A stretch of DNA of 64,000 nt from the NCBI RefSeq assembly GCF_034860625.1, contig NZ_JAYESN010000016.1:2-64001 (forward strand), written 5' to 3'. A program made the translations under genes and the position numbers. The notes below the pieces were generated by a model. It was not told the DNA's origin, made no database searches, and saw only the letters and a program-made list of their open reading frames with translations. Below are positions 40,371 through 51,368 of this stretch, piece by piece (the first letter of the stretch is position 1; each line of letters opens with the position of its first letter). The stretch comes from Lamprobacter sp. (GTDB taxonomy: Bacteria > Pseudomonadota > Gammaproteobacteria > Chromatiales > Chromatiaceae).

Positions 40371-43300
40371 ATGCGCATCTTGCACGGCGCGCCCGCTTTG
40401 TCCGATTTTCGTCTGTCCAAGCTCGAGGCGCGGTTGCGCGCATCCGCTGTTCCCGATTGCAAGCTGACGGCTGAGTTCGTGCACTTCGCCGATCTGGCGC
40501 GGCCACTCGATGCCGCTGAAGAGGCCGTGCTAGTCAGATTGCTGCGCTATGGTCCAGCGCCCGAGACGCCTGATCGATCGACGCCGGAGCTCAAAGAGGA
40601 TTCCACCCCAGGCTTGAGCGACAGTGCAGTCCTCGCCGCTGGAGCTGGATCTGGAACTGCGGTCGCCTCTGCTGGCGCCGATGCGCTCAGCGATGCTGCG
40701 CTGCTTCTCGTCGTGCCGCGGCCGGGAACCATCTCGCCTTGGTCATCGAAGGCGACCGACATCGCCCAGCACTGCGGACTGGACGCTGTGCGCCGGCTCG
40801 AGCGTGGTACCGCTTATCGCTTGCAGCCGCTGACCGCAGAAGGCCTCGACGAGACCGCGCTCGCGACCGCTGCCGCGCTGCTGCACGATCGCATGACCGA
40901 GGTCGTGCTGCGCGATCCGGCCGAGGCCGCGCGCCTGTTCATGCAGGCTGAGCCGCGCGCGCTAACGCGGGTTCCCTTGCTGGCCGGGGGGCGCGCGGCA
41001 CTGGAGCAGGCCAATATCGGGCTTGGCCTCGCGCTCTCCGCCGACGAGATCGTTTATCTCGCCGAGCGTTTTACCGCGCTCGGCCGCGATCCGACCGACG
41101 TCGAGCTGATGATGTTCGCGCAGGCCAATTCCGAGCACTGCCGCCACAAGATCTTCAATGCCGACTGGGTCATCGACGGCGAGCCGCAGCCGCAGTCGCT
41201 GTTCGCGATGATCCGCCATACAACAGCCTGCTCGCCGGCGGGCGTGCTCTCCGCCTACAAAGACAACGCTGCGGTGATCGCCGGCTGGCCAGGCCAACGC
41301 TTCGCCGCGTCCGGCGAGGGCGACGGCCGCTATCGACGCAGCGATGAGCCGCTGCACATCCTGTTCAAGGTCGAGACCCACAACCATCCAACCGCGATTG
41401 CGCCCGATCCAGGCGCAGCGACTGGCTCCGGCGGCGAGATCCGCGACGAGGGCGCGACCGGCCGTGGCGCCAAGCCGAAGGCCGGCCTTTGCGGCTTCTC
41501 GGTCTCGAATCTGCGCATCCCCGGCGCCGAGCAGCCCTGGGAGCACGATTGGGGCAAACCAGGGCGGATCTGCTCGGCGCTCGAGATCATGCGCGATGGG
41601 CCGATCGGCGCCGCCGCCTTCAACAACGAGTTTGGTCGCCCGAACCTGGCCGGCTACTTTCGCAGCTTCGAGCAGCAGGTACCGCGGGCGGGCAGCGGCG
41701 TCGAGGAGCAGGGACCGCGCGCTGGGGGTGACGTCGAGCTGCGCGGCTATCACAAGCCGATCATGCTCGCCGGCGGCGTCGGCACGGTGCGCGCGATGCA
41801 TGTCGAAAAGGGTGAATTTCCGGCGGGTGCGCCGCTGGTCGTGCTCGGTGGGCCGGCAATGCTAATCGGCCTCGGCGGCGGTGCGGCCTCGAGCATGGCC
41901 AGCGGCACCAGCGCCGAGGATCTCGATTTCGCCTCGGTGCAGCGTGCTAACCCGGAGATGCAGCGTCGCTGCCAAGAGGTCATCGACCGCTGCAATGCGC
42001 GCGGCGAGGCGAGCCCGATCCTGTTCATCCACGATGTTGGCGCCGGCGGCTTGTCGAATGCGCTGCCGGAATTGGTGCACGATGGCGGCCGCGGCGGGCA
42101 CTTCGAGCTGCGTCGGGTACCGAATGCCGATCCAGGCATGTCGCCGATGGAGATCTGGTGCAACGAGGCGCAGGAGCGCTATGTGCTGGCGATCGATCCG
42201 GCGAGGCTGGCCGAGTTCGAGGCCATCTGCGCGCGCGAGCGCTGCCCCTATGCGGTGGTCGGCGAGGCGACCGATGATGAGCAGTTGAGCCTGAAGGACA
42301 GCCAGTTTGGCACTGTCCCGATTGAGATGCCGCTGTCGCTGCTGCTCGGTAAACCGCCACAGATGCAGCGCGATGTGCGCTCGGATGCGGCCGTTGGTGA
42401 TCCGCTCGATCTGGCTGCAATCGACCTGGCCGAGGCGGTTGGGCGCGTATTGCGCCTGCCGACGGTGGCCGCTAAGGGCTTCTTGATCACGATTGGCGAT
42501 CGCAGCGTCGGCGGCTTGGTTGCGCGCGATCAGATGGTCGGCCCCTGGCAGGTGCCGGTGGCCGACTGCGCGGTTACGCTGACCGATTTCGATGGCTGCC
42601 ACGGTGAGGCCATGTCAGTTGGTGAGCGTGCCCCGATCGCGCTGCTCGACGCGCCGGCCTCGGGGCGGATGGCCGTGGCCGAGGCGGTCACCAACATGGC
42701 CGCCGCCGATGTCGCCGCGCTCAGCGATCTGCGACTCTCGGCGAACTGGATGGCTGCAGCGGGACATCCGGGTGAGGATGCGCGGCTGTATGAGACGGTG
42801 CGCGCGGTCGGCCTCGAACTTTGTCCAGCGCTGGGCATTGCGATCCCGGTTGGCAAGGACTCGATGAGCATGAAGACGGTCTGGGAGCGGCCAATATCGG
42901 AACAGGAAGCCGCTTCTGCGGCGGATGACGTTGACAGCGGATCGACAGAAAGCACTGGCATTGCGCAGGTTACGAACAGCTCAGAAAGTCGCGGCGCTGC
43001 TGGCGATGATGGACGTACGGAGCGCGTCGAGATGGCCGCGCCGCTCTCGCTAGTGATCTCGGCAGTGGCGCCGGTACCTGATGTGTGCCGCTGCCTGACG
43101 CCCTGGCTGCGACTCGATCTCGGCGACACGGTGCTGGTGCTGATCGATCTCGGGCGCGGGCAGGATCGCCTTGGCGGCTCGGCGCTGGCCCAGGTTTATG
43201 AGCACCTCGGCGAGGTGCCTCCGGATCTGGATGACGCCGAACTGCTGAAGGGCTTTTTCGCCGCGATCCAGATGTTGCGCGCCGACGGGCTAATGCTCGC

Positions 43301-44708
43301 CTATCACGATCGTTCCGACGGCGGCCTGCTCGCGACCCTGTGCGAGATGGCCTTTGCCGGACGCTGCGGGATCGACTGTGATCTGGGCGCACTGCCCGGG
43401 CTCGGTGATGCGGCTGAAGAAGACGAGGCGCTTTCGGTTTCGGTCGCTCAGGGCGACGCGTCTGCAGCGGGTATTGCGAAGACAGCGAATGTCGCGAGCG
43501 CTGGCGGGGGTTCAGCCGGGGATGCGTTGCGCGGGACGCGGCGCGACCCGCTCGCCGCGTTGTTCGCCGAGGAGCTTGGTGCGGTCCTGCAAGTGCCTGC
43601 GTCTGAACTGGCGGCGGTGATGAAAAGGCTCGCCGACCATGGCCTCGGCGCCTGCGGCCAGGTGCTTGGCGTACCGCGCACCGACGGCTTGATCCGCATC
43701 CGCCAAGGTGATCGGCTGCTCTTCGAGGCCAGTCGCGCCGAGCTGCAACAGGTCTGGTCCGAGACCAGTTGGCAGATGCAGCGCTTGCGCGACCATCCGG
43801 ACTGCGCCGATGAGGAATTTGCCCGCATTGCCGCCGACGAGGCCTCTGCGCAGATCAGCGCCGATGCGTTGGGTCTAACAGTCAGATTGCCGTTCGATCC
43901 GGACGAGGACATCGCCGCGCCTTTGATTGCGACGGGTGCCCGACCACGACTCGCGGTACTGCGCGAGCAGGGTGTTAATGGCCAGATCGAGATGGCCGCT
44001 GCCTTCGATCGCGCCGGTTTCGACTGCATTGATGTGCACATGTCCGACCTGCTCGAGGGTCGTCTGGGGCTCGACGGCTTCCAGGGGCTGGCTGCCTGCG
44101 GGGGCTTCAGCTATGGCGACGTGCTCGGCGCTGGCGAGGGCTGGGCCAAGACCATCCTGTTCAATCCCCGCACGCGCGCGCAGTTCGAGGCCTTCTTCGC
44201 GCGCTCAGACCGCTTTGCGCTCGGCGTCTGCAATGGCTGCCAGATGCTCGCCAACCTGCGCGAGTTGATTCCCGGCACCGAGCATTGGCCGCACTTCGTG
44301 CGCAATCGCTCGGAGCAATTTGAGGCGCGGCTGCTGATGGTAGAGGTGGCGCCTTCGCCATCGATCCTGCTGCAAGGGATGCAGGGCGCGCGGTTGCCGA
44401 TCGTCGTCTCGCACGGCGAGGGCCGCGCCGAGTTTCGTGACTTGGCGCAGCAGCGGGCCGCAGGGCCGATGACCGCGCTCCGCTACATCGAGGCCGATGG
44501 TGAGCCGGCCATCCGCTACCCGGCCAACCCGAACGGCTCGCCAGATGGCATCACTGGGCTCTGCAACACCGACGGTCGCGTCACCATCATGATGCCGCAC
44601 CCGGAGCGAATCTTCCGTACCGTTCAGCAGTCCTGGCATCCGGACGATTGGGGCGAGGATAGCCCCTGGATGCGGCTGTTTCGCAATGCGCGCGTTTGGC
44701 TGGAGTAA
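40371..44708 (+). CDS. purL: Phosphoribosylformylglycinamidine synthase (large PurL)
   Basis: [38 protein letters not shown]. Confidence 0.97.
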   Translation: MRILHGAPALSDFRLSKLEARLRASAVPDCKLTAEFVHFADLARPLDAAEEAVLVRLLRYGPAPETPDRSTPELKEDSTPGLSDSAVLAAGAGSGTAVASAGADALSDAALLLVVPRPGTISPWSSKATDIAQHCGLDAVRRLERGTAYRLQPLTAEGLDETALATAAALLHDRMTEVVLRDPAEAARLFMQAEPRALTRVPLLAGGRAALEQANIGLGLALSADEIVYLAERFTALGRDPTDVELMMFAQANSEHCRHKIFNADWVIDGEPQPQSLFAMIRHTTACSPAGVLSAYKDNAAVIAGWPGQRFAASGEGDGRYRRSDEPLHILFKVETHNHPTAIAPDPGAATGSGGEIRDEGATGRGAKPKAGLCGFSVSNLRIPGAEQPWEHDWGKPGRICSALEIMRDGPIGAAAFNNEFGRPNLAGYFRSFEQQVPRAGSGVEEQGPRAGGDVELRGYHKPIMLAGGVGTVRAMHVEKGEFPAGAPLVVLGGPAMLIGLGGGAASSMASGTSAEDLDFASVQRANPEMQRRCQEVIDRCNARGEASPILFIHDVGAGGLSNALPELVHDGGRGGHFELRRVPNADPGMSPMEIWCNEAQERYVLAIDPARLAEFEAICARERCPYAVVGEATDDEQLSLKDSQFGTVPIEMPLSLLLGKPPQMQRDVRSDAAVGDPLDLAAIDLAEAVGRVLRLPTVAAKGFLITIGDRSVGGLVARDQMVGPWQVPVADCAVTLTDFDGCHGEAMSVGERAPIALLDAPASGRMAVAEAVTNMAAADVAALSDLRLSANWMAAAGHPGEDARLYETVRAVGLELCPALGIAIPVGKDSMSMKTVWERPISEQEAASAADDVDSGSTESTGIAQVTNSSESRGAAGDDGRTERVEMAAPLSLVISAVAPVPDVCRCLTPWLRLDLGDTVLVLIDLGRGQDRLGGSALAQVYEHLGEVPPDLDDAELLKGFFAAIQMLRADGLMLAYHDRSDGGLLATLCEMAFAGRCGIDCDLGALPGLGDAAEEDEALSVSVAQGDASAAGIAKTANVASAGGGSAGDALRGTRRDPLAALFAEELGAVLQVPASELAAVMKRLADHGLGACGQVLGVPRTDGLIRIRQGDRLLFEASRAELQQVWSETSWQMQRLRDHPDCADEEFARIAADEASAQISADALGLTVRLPFDPDEDIAAPLIATGARPRLAVLREQGVNGQIEMAAAFDRAGFDCIDVHMSDLLEGRLGLDGFQGLAACGGFSYGDVLGAGEGWAKTILFNPRTRAQFEAFFARSDRFALGVCNGCQMLANLRELIPGTEHWPHFVRNRSEQFEARLLMVEVAPSPSILLQGMQGARLPIVVSHGEGRAEFRDLAQQRAAGPMTALRYIEADGEPAIRYPANPNGSPDGITGLCNTDGRVTIMMPHPERIFRTVQQSWHPDDWGEDSPWMRLFRNARVWLE

Positions 44709-44711
44709 GCG

Positions 44712-46415
44712 TTAGAACTGCTTCACCTTGATATTCATCGTCTGAATCCGATAGGCGATCTGGCGTGGTGTCATGTTGAGCAGGCGCGCGGCCTTGGCCT
44801 GGACCCAGCCGGCTTGCTCCAGCGCGGCGATCACCCGCTCGCGCTCGTCGACGTCCGGGTCTTCGAAGTCGATCGCGTCGTCTGCGGCGCCAGCGCTTGA
44901 GCCCAAGCCAGCGGGCGAAGAAAACGCCGCGCGCGGTTCCGGCAGGTTGCCGACATCGAGCCCAGTGAGGTCGATCACGTCGCGGTCGATGATGCCGCAT
45001 TCGCTCATCACCGCCGCGCGCTCCATGCAGTTCTCGAGTTCGCGCACGTTGCCGGGCCAGTCGTAGCGCATCAGCACGCGCAGCGCGCTGTCGGTGATGC
45101 TGAGCTCGCGACCCTGCTGCTTGGCGACTTTGGCGACCAGGAACTGGGCCAGCTCGGGCACATCTTCGATGCGCTCACGCAGTGCTGGCATCACGATCGG
45201 CATCACATTGAGCCGATAGTAGAGGTCTTCGCGGAACTCGCCGGCCTTGACCTCCTGCTCTAAGTTGCGATTGGTGGCCGCGATCACCCGCACATCGACC
45301 TTGATGGTGCGGCTGCCGCCGACGCGCTCGAATTCGCCCTCCTGCAGCACGCGCAGCAGTTTGGCCTGGAAGGCTGGGCTGATCTCGCCGATCTCATCGA
45401 GAAACAGGGTGCCGCCGTCGGCCTGCTCGAAGCGGCCCTTGCGCTGGCTCACCGCGCCGGTGAAGGCGCCTTTCTCGTGACCGAACAACTCGGATTCGAG
45501 CAGATTGTCGGGCAGCGCCGCACAGTTGAGCTTGACGAAGGTACTCTGTGCGCGCGGCGAGTTGTAGTGGATGGCGTTGGCGATCAGCTCTTTACCGGTG
45601 CCGGATTCGCCACGCACCAAGACCGTGGTATTCCATTTCGCGACCTGACGCACCTGTTCGAAGACGATACGCATGCGCTGGGTGTGGCCGATGATGCTGT
45701 CGAAGCCGTGTGTGCCTTTGACATGGCGGCGTAGGGCATCGCGCTCCTCGCGCAGCGCGCGGCGCTCAGCATCGACCGAGCGTGCCAGCAGCACCGCCTG
45801 GCCGATGAGATTGGCGACCATCTCGGCGAAACGCGCGCGCTGTTGCAGGTGCTCATCGCGCACCGACGGCTGCAGCGCGAACACCCCCACAGCAGGCCCG
45901 TCGCCGATGCGGATCGGCACGCCGATGAAGGGCAGGTCGCGGTTGAACATGCCGAGCTTGTCGAGGAAGCGGGGCTCGTCACTGACCCGTTCCAGCAGCC
46001 ATTCGCGGTTGGTCTCGAGGATGTGCCCGATGACGCCCTCGCCACGGCGATAGCGCACCTTCTCGAACGGGGCCGCGTCGTCGTCGTGCAGGGCGCTGAT
46101 CAGTAGATCACCGGATTCCTCGTCGAGCAGGCTGACCATGCCGAGGCAGAGACGGCCACGCTCGTGGAGGGTTTGCAGGACCGCGCGCAGGGTCTCGCTG
46201 AGCTGCAGTGAGCGACTGAGGATGCGGCTGACATCAAAGAGCGCGGCGAGCTGCGCCTCGAGCAGATCGGCCCGGTTCATGGCTGGTCCTGTTTCTGGGG
46301 GCGTACCGGCGGTTGTATTGGAGGCCGCTTCTGGGCGCGTCACGATGCGCATGTCCAGCGCTGGCGCGTCCGCGAATTCCTTGTCGTCTATCGTCACTGG
46401 ATCTCGGTCAGTCAC
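44712..46415 (-). CDS. nifA: Nif-specific sigma54 activator NifA
   Basis: GAF domain, [37 protein letters not shown]. Confidence 0.96.
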   Translation of the reverse strand: MTDRDPVTIDDKEFADAPALDMRIVTRPEAASNTTAGTPPETGPAMNRADLLEAQLAALFDVSRILSRSLQLSETLRAVLQTLHERGRLCLGMVSLLDEESGDLLISALHDDDAAPFEKVRYRRGEGVIGHILETNREWLLERVSDEPRFLDKLGMFNRDLPFIGVPIRIGDGPAVGVFALQPSVRDEHLQQRARFAEMVANLIGQAVLLARSVDAERRALREERDALRRHVKGTHGFDSIIGHTQRMRIVFEQVRQVAKWNTTVLVRGESGTGKELIANAIHYNSPRAQSTFVKLNCAALPDNLLESELFGHEKGAFTGAVSQRKGRFEQADGGTLFLDEIGEISPAFQAKLLRVLQEGEFERVGGSRTIKVDVRVIAATNRNLEQEVKAGEFREDLYYRLNVMPIVMPALRERIEDVPELAQFLVAKVAKQQGRELSITDSALRVLMRYDWPGNVRELENCMERAAVMSECGIIDRDVIDLTGLDVGNLPEPRAAFSSPAGLGSSAGAADDAIDFEDPDVDERERVIAALEQAGWVQAKAARLLNMTPRQIAYRIQTMNIKVKQF

Positions 46416-48138
46416 GGGGCAGGGCGTTGGTTAGGGTGACAAGGAGGCGGCAGCCATTGCTGTAGTCTGGATCAATCTCGATGCTGCCGCCATGCTGGTT
46501 GGCGATCTCCTGCGCGAGCGGCAATCCCATGCCGGCACGGCCGCGACGGTTGCGCCAGCCGATATAGAAAGGCTCGAAGGCTTTGTAGCGATCGCCGCTC
46601 GGGAAGCCCGGGCCGCTATCCTGGATGCAGACCTCAACCGCGTCATCGAGCGCGCGGGTGCTGATGTGCAGCTCGCGCTGGCCGGTTGCACCCTCCCGGG
46701 TTGCTTGCAAGGCGTTGTCGATCAGGTTCTTGAACAGCGAGCGGAGCTCGGTCTGCCGGGCGGTGATCTCGGGCAGCACATGCGCCGGGCGCCAATCGAC
46801 GGTGACACCAGAGGCCAACAATGCCTCGGTTTCGAGCGCGAGGACATGGCGCACGAGCTCGTTGACGTTGACGCTGACGCCGGCCTCAATGATCTCGTCT
46901 GGGAGTGCCGCTTGCAAGGTTTTCAGCGCCTGCTCGCTGGTCTCGGTGATCTGCGCGAGGGTCGGTGCAAAGCCCTCGAGGGTACCGGCGCCATTGGCGA
47001 GCATGGCGCTGGCGGCGCGGAGCAGATTGAGTGGGGTCTGAATCTGGTAGCTGGCCGCGGTCAGTGCCTCGCGCATGCCCTGGGTCAGGCGTTGCTCGGC
47101 GATGCGGGCGCGCAGGTGCTCCAGGTGCGCGCGCTCGATCTCGCGATGGCGGGCGGTGACATCGGTGGCCAGCAGCAACAGACGCGCGTCACCATGCTTG
47201 CCGCGTCCAAAGTAGCTACGGGCGCTGCCGTCTTGCTCACTGATGCAGGTGCCGGAGCAGGAGAACCAACGCGGTCCGAGGTGGCCGGGAGCCTCGAGAC
47301 TGACCTCGACATTCTTGAAGTCCTCACCTTTGCCGCTGGCGGGAACGGTACGATCGATGGGATCGAAGCCGGCCTGCTCGCGCAGCGCAGCGCGGATCAG
47401 CGGTAAGGGCTCGCGACCGCGCAGGTCGCCAAAGAGCTTCTTGTACTCCATGTTGTCGAGAATGATCTCGCCCTCGGCATCCAGCAACACCATCACCGTT
47501 GGGGCCGCGTCGAGCACATTCTCGATACGCGTCTTCTGCTGCCTGAGAGCGGAGGCCAGCTCATGCTCGCGCGTCACGTCTCGATGCATGCCGAGGAAGT
47601 AGGCAATCTCGCCGCTGCTGTTGAGCACGGGCGAGATGACCAGTTCGGCGAGGTACTCATCGCCTCCCTTACGCTGGTTGACCAGGGTGCCGGTCCAGGT
47701 CTTCTTGCGCTGGATGGTGCGCCAGAGCTGCCGGTAGATGCTGTCGGGTGTCGCATTGCTCGATAGGATCGACTGATTCCTGCCCAGTACCTCATCGCGG
47801 AGATAGCCGGTCAGGTGCTCGAAGGCTGCGTTTACATAGAGGATATTCGCCGTCGAGTCGGTGATCGAGATGGCGACTGGGGATTGCTCCACGGTCTCGA
47901 AATAGAGCCGGGGCGGCAACGGATCAGCGGCATCACCGGCCATCAGTCGGAGGGCGGTGATGACCTCGGGCGGAGTGCCTACAGGCGGCTCGCGTAGGAA
48001 GCCTTCGATGGCATTGCGCACCATCGACTCGTCGTTGTCCGAGGTGGCCATGGCAGAGGGGCTGGCAGCGATCTTTGTGGGCGGGTTGTGGTGGGGCTGC
48101 GAATGGGATGCACTGCCCTCGGGGGATGATCGAGCCAT
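46408..48138 (-). CDS. nifL: Nitrogen fixation negative regulator NifL
   Basis: PAS (VEQSPVAISITD), second PAS, GHKL domain (GMGL); directly upstream of nifA; GAGGAG RBS. Confidence 0.92.
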   Translation of the reverse strand: MARSSPEGSASHSQPHHNPPTKIAASPSAMATSDNDESMVRNAIEGFLREPPVGTPPEVITALRLMAGDAADPLPPRLYFETVEQSPVAISITDSTANILYVNAAFEHLTGYLRDEVLGRNQSILSSNATPDSIYRQLWRTIQRKKTWTGTLVNQRKGGDEYLAELVISPVLNSSGEIAYFLGMHRDVTREHELASALRQQKTRIENVLDAAPTVMVLLDAEGEIILDNMEYKKLFGDLRGREPLPLIRAALREQAGFDPIDRTVPASGKGEDFKNVEVSLEAPGHLGPRWFSCSGTCISEQDGSARSYFGRGKHGDARLLLLATDVTARHREIERAHLEHLRARIAEQRLTQGMREALTAASYQIQTPLNLLRAASAMLANGAGTLEGFAPTLAQITETSEQALKTLQAALPDEIIEAGVSVNVNELVRHVLALETEALLASGVTVDWRPAHVLPEITARQTELRSLFKNLIDNALQATREGATGQRELHISTRALDDAVEVCIQDSGPGFPSGDRYKAFEPFYIGWRNRRGRAGMGLPLAQEIANQHGGSIEIDPDYSNGCRLLVTLTNALPRD

Positions 48139-48230
48139 GGGTGTCTCCTCTATCCTGACCTGTCGTTGTTGTGCCTGTGCCGCGCGCAATCAGAAGCCGA
48201 TGATCGGCCACGCCGCGGGCCTACTATTTA

Positions 48231-48246
48231 AGCATACTTCATGCCA
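48231..48246 (-). promoter_or_regulatory. Sigma54 -24/-12 promoter facing nifL
   Basis: TGGCATGAAGTATGCT (GG-N10-GC) on the minus strand. Confidence 0.7.
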
Positions 48247-48343
48247 GGTTTCATGCCGTTTTACGCGTTCTGCTGTTGCCTACTGCTGCCTTGCCCTGAC
48301 TAGCCCTGACTTGCACTGCATCGACCTGCAACAGCGTCCGCCT

Positions 48344-48400
48344 TGTCGGTTTTACGACAATGTGCTGCACCGCAGCATCTTGGCTGTCTCGTCCACGACA
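48344..48400. promoter_or_regulatory. Two NifA upstream activator sequences
   Basis: TGT-N10-ACA at 48344-48359 and 48385-48400. Confidence 0.8.
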
Positions 48401-48532
48401 GTCACGGGGCAGCTCGTTGGCATCGGTCAGTGTCACTCGGACAAAGGCAATGCCGGCCAAGGCCCGGTTTGATGCGGTTTTCGCCCAGCGCTGGATTGAT
48501 CTGCGCCACTGATGGCGGTGGTTGCGGCGTGA

Positions 48533-48548
48533 TGGCATCAGGTTTGCT
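48533..48548 (+). promoter_or_regulatory. Sigma54 -24/-12 promoter of the rnf operon
   Basis: TGGCATCAGGTTTGCT. Confidence 0.82.
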
Positions 48549-48627
48549 TTATGACCGCCAGCCTCGAGTGCGAGCGGCCTTGGCTGCGCGCTCACTGCCA
48601 GCTTTCGGAGCGCCTTGCCGATACGCC

Positions 48628-49203
48628 ATGACCGAATCTCTGATGCTCATCCTCGCCACCGCCCTGGTGAACAATGTGGTGCTGGTCAAATTTCTTGGCC
48701 TCTGCCCCTTCATGGGCGTCTCCGGGAAGCTTGATACAGCGCTGGGCATGGGATTGGCAACCACCTTCGTGCTGACCCTGGCTGCAGCGGCGAGTTGGCT
48801 GCTAGAGCATTGGGTGCTGGAGCCGCTGGAGATCGGCTTTCTGCGCATCCTGACCTTCATTTTGGTGATCGCGGCAGTGGTGCAGTTTACCGAGATGATG
48901 GTGCGCAAGCTCTCGCCGATGCTGTATCAGGTGCTCGGCATTTTTCTGCCATTGATTACCACCAACTGCGCGGTGCTCGGTGTGGCGCTGCTCAATGTGC
49001 AAGAGCAGCATAGCTTTGTCGAGAGCCTGCTGTATGGCTTTGGCTCGGCGCTGGGTTTCACGCTGGTGATGGTGCTGTTCGCGGGACTGCGCGAGCGCCT
49101 GGCGCTGGCGCAGGTGCCGGCGACCTTCGCCGGGGCGCCGATCGCCTTTATCGTCGCCGGGCTGTTATCCCTAGCCTTCATGGGCTTTGCTGGGCTGGCC
49201 TGA
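48628..49203 (+). CDS. rnfA: Rnf complex subunit A
   Basis: [28 protein letters not shown]. Confidence 0.95.
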   Translation: MTESLMLILATALVNNVVLVKFLGLCPFMGVSGKLDTALGMGLATTFVLTLAAAASWLLEHWVLEPLEIGFLRILTFILVIAAVVQFTEMMVRKLSPMLYQVLGIFLPLITTNCAVLGVALLNVQEQHSFVESLLYGFGSALGFTLVMVLFAGLRERLALAQVPATFAGAPIAFIVAGLLSLAFMGFAGLA

Positions 49204-49278
49204 AGTTCGTGAAGCACAGGCGCTCCGGTGCGGTGACTGACGCTTTTGACTGACTCATCATCATTGGAGCATGTCGAC

Positions 49279-49809
49279 ATGATGGTTTCTGCAATCCTGA
49301 GCTTGACCACCCTTGGCCTGGGGCTGGGCGCGCTGCTCGGCGTGGCGGCACGCTTCCTGAAGGTCGAGGAGAGCCCACTGGTGGCCGAGATCGAAGCCTT
49401 ATTGCCTGGATCGCAGTGCGGCCAGTGTGGTTTTCCTGGCTGCGCCCCGGCAGCAGCGGCGATTGCCGAGGGCAAGGCCCCAGTAACGCTCTGTCCGCCG
49501 GGTGGCCGGGCGTTGGTGCAGGCGCTCGCGGAACGCTTGGGGGTGAGTGTGGATCTGAGCGCCGTCGCCGAGCAGGCGCCGCAGGTTGCTTTTGTGCACG
49601 AGAAGCTCTGCGTCGGCTGCACCAAGTGCTTCAAGCGCTGCCCGACCGATGCCATCGTCGGCGCCAAGGACCAGATCCATGCGGTGTTCGAGGATGCCTG
49701 CGTGGGCTGCGGCGACTGCGCTGAGGTCTGCCCAACCGAATGCATTGAGATGCGTCCCGCCACGCTCACACCGAGCAATTGGGTCTGGCCCAATCCGCTG
49801 GCTGCATGA
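49279..49809 (+). CDS. rnfB: Rnf complex subunit B
   Basis: LPGSQCGQCGFPGC and two CxxCxxCxxxCP motifs. Confidence 0.95.
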   Translation: MMVSAILSLTTLGLGLGALLGVAARFLKVEESPLVAEIEALLPGSQCGQCGFPGCAPAAAAIAEGKAPVTLCPPGGRALVQALAERLGVSVDLSAVAEQAPQVAFVHEKLCVGCTKCFKRCPTDAIVGAKDQIHAVFEDACVGCGDCAEVCPTECIEMRPATLTPSNWVWPNPLAA

Positions 49810-51368
49810 GCCAGAGGCTGCACTTGCTGAGAGAGTCCCGCATGCGCTTATTCAACATCCGCGGTGGTGTTCATCCGGAGGATCGGAAAGATCGCTCCGC
49901 TGGTCGGCCCATCGAGCCGCTACCGCTGCCGAAGTTGCTGCACATCCCGCTACAGCAGCATATCGGCGCGATCGCCAATCCGCTGGTGCAGCGGCGCCAA
50001 TACGTCGCCAAGGGCGAGCTGATCGCGCGTGCCCAGGGCGCGGTCTCGGCGCCGATCCACGCGCCGACCTCGGGTCGAATCGTCGGCCTCGGGCTCTATC
50101 CGGCGAATCATCCCTCCGGGCTCTCGGTGCGGACCATCAGCCTGCAACCGGATGGCAAGGATCGCTGGCATAAGCGCATCGCCGGAGTCGATGATCCCTT
50201 TGCATTGGAGCCTGACGAGATTGCCCGACGGGTCGCCGAGGCCGGCGTCGTCGGCATGGGTGGCGCCACCTTCCCAGCGGCGGTCAAGCTCGGACTCGGC
50301 AAGCGTTATCGGCTCTCGACCTTGGTCATCAACGGCTCCGAGTGCGAGCCTTATCTAACCTGCGATGATCAGCTGATGCGCGAGCAGGCGGCAGCCGTTG
50401 TCGATGGTGCGCGGATCATGGCGCATGCGCTCGGTGCGAGCCGCCTGATCATCGGTATCGAGGGCAACAAGCCCGAGGCGCTGACGGCGATGCAGAATGC
50501 TACCGCCGATCTCGATGGGGCCGAGGTGGTGCGTCTGCCGCTGCGTTATCCGATGGGCTCGGAAAAGCATCTGGTGCAGACGCTGACCGGCCAGGAGACG
50601 CCGGCGCGCGGCCTGACCGCCGATATCGGCGTGGTGGTGCACAATCCGGCCACCGCCTTCGCTGTGCGTGAAGCGCTGCGCTTCGGCCATCCGCTGGTCT
50701 CGCGTGTGATCAGCGTCACCGGCGGGGCGATCAGCGCGCCAAAAAATCTGCGCGTGCTGATCGGCACCAAGATCGAGGATCTGATCGAGCATTGCGGGCG
50801 CTTTTGCGAGGAGCCCGCGCGCCTGATCGCTGGCGGGCCGATGATGGGGCAGTCGATTCCAGAGCTGCGGGTGCCGGTGATGAAGGGTACCAACGGCATC
50901 CTGGCGCTGACCGCAGCCGAGACTGGCTTGCGCGAGCCTGCCCCTTGCATCCGCTGCGGCAGTTGCGTGCAGGCCTGTCCCTGCGGTCTGCTGCCGCTTG
51001 CCATGGCGGCCCAGGTGCGCGCCGGCGATCTCGATGCCGCGGTCGCGAACGGGCTGATGGACTGCATCGGCTGTGGCTCTTGCGCCTACGTCTGCCCGGC
51101 GCATCTGCCGTTGGTTCAGTGCTTCAACCATGCCAAGGGCGAACTCGCCGCGCGTGGGCGCGCCAAGCAGAAGCAGACCGAGACCAAGCGCCTGGCCGAA
51201 CAGCGGGCGCAACGGTTGGAGGCACAGAAGCGAGCTAAGCGTGAGGCGATGGCCAAGCGCAAGCGCGAGGCGGATGCGAAGAAGCAGGCCGAAGCTGCTG
51301 CAAATGAGGCTACTGCGAAGCAGGCGGCAGTAACGGGGCAGGTCACCGCGGAGGTGGATGCATGCTAA
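49806..51368 (+). CDS. rnfC: Rnf complex subunit C
   Basis: GGVHP, GMGGATFP, ECEPYLTCD, two 4Fe-4S motifs; alternative start at 49842. Confidence 0.95.
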   Translation: MSQRLHLLRESRMRLFNIRGGVHPEDRKDRSAGRPIEPLPLPKLLHIPLQQHIGAIANPLVQRRQYVAKGELIARAQGAVSAPIHAPTSGRIVGLGLYPANHPSGLSVRTISLQPDGKDRWHKRIAGVDDPFALEPDEIARRVAEAGVVGMGGATFPAAVKLGLGKRYRLSTLVINGSECEPYLTCDDQLMREQAAAVVDGARIMAHALGASRLIIGIEGNKPEALTAMQNATADLDGAEVVRLPLRYPMGSEKHLVQTLTGQETPARGLTADIGVVVHNPATAFAVREALRFGHPLVSRVISVTGGAISAPKNLRVLIGTKIEDLIEHCGRFCEEPARLIAGGPMMGQSIPELRVPVMKGTNGILALTAAETGLREPAPCIRCGSCVQACPCGLLPLAMAAQVRAGDLDAAVANGLMDCIGCGSCAYVCPAHLPLVQCFNHAKGELAARGRAKQKQTETKRLAEQRAQRLEAQKRAKREAMAKRKREADAKKQAEAAANEATAKQAAVTGQVTAEVDAC

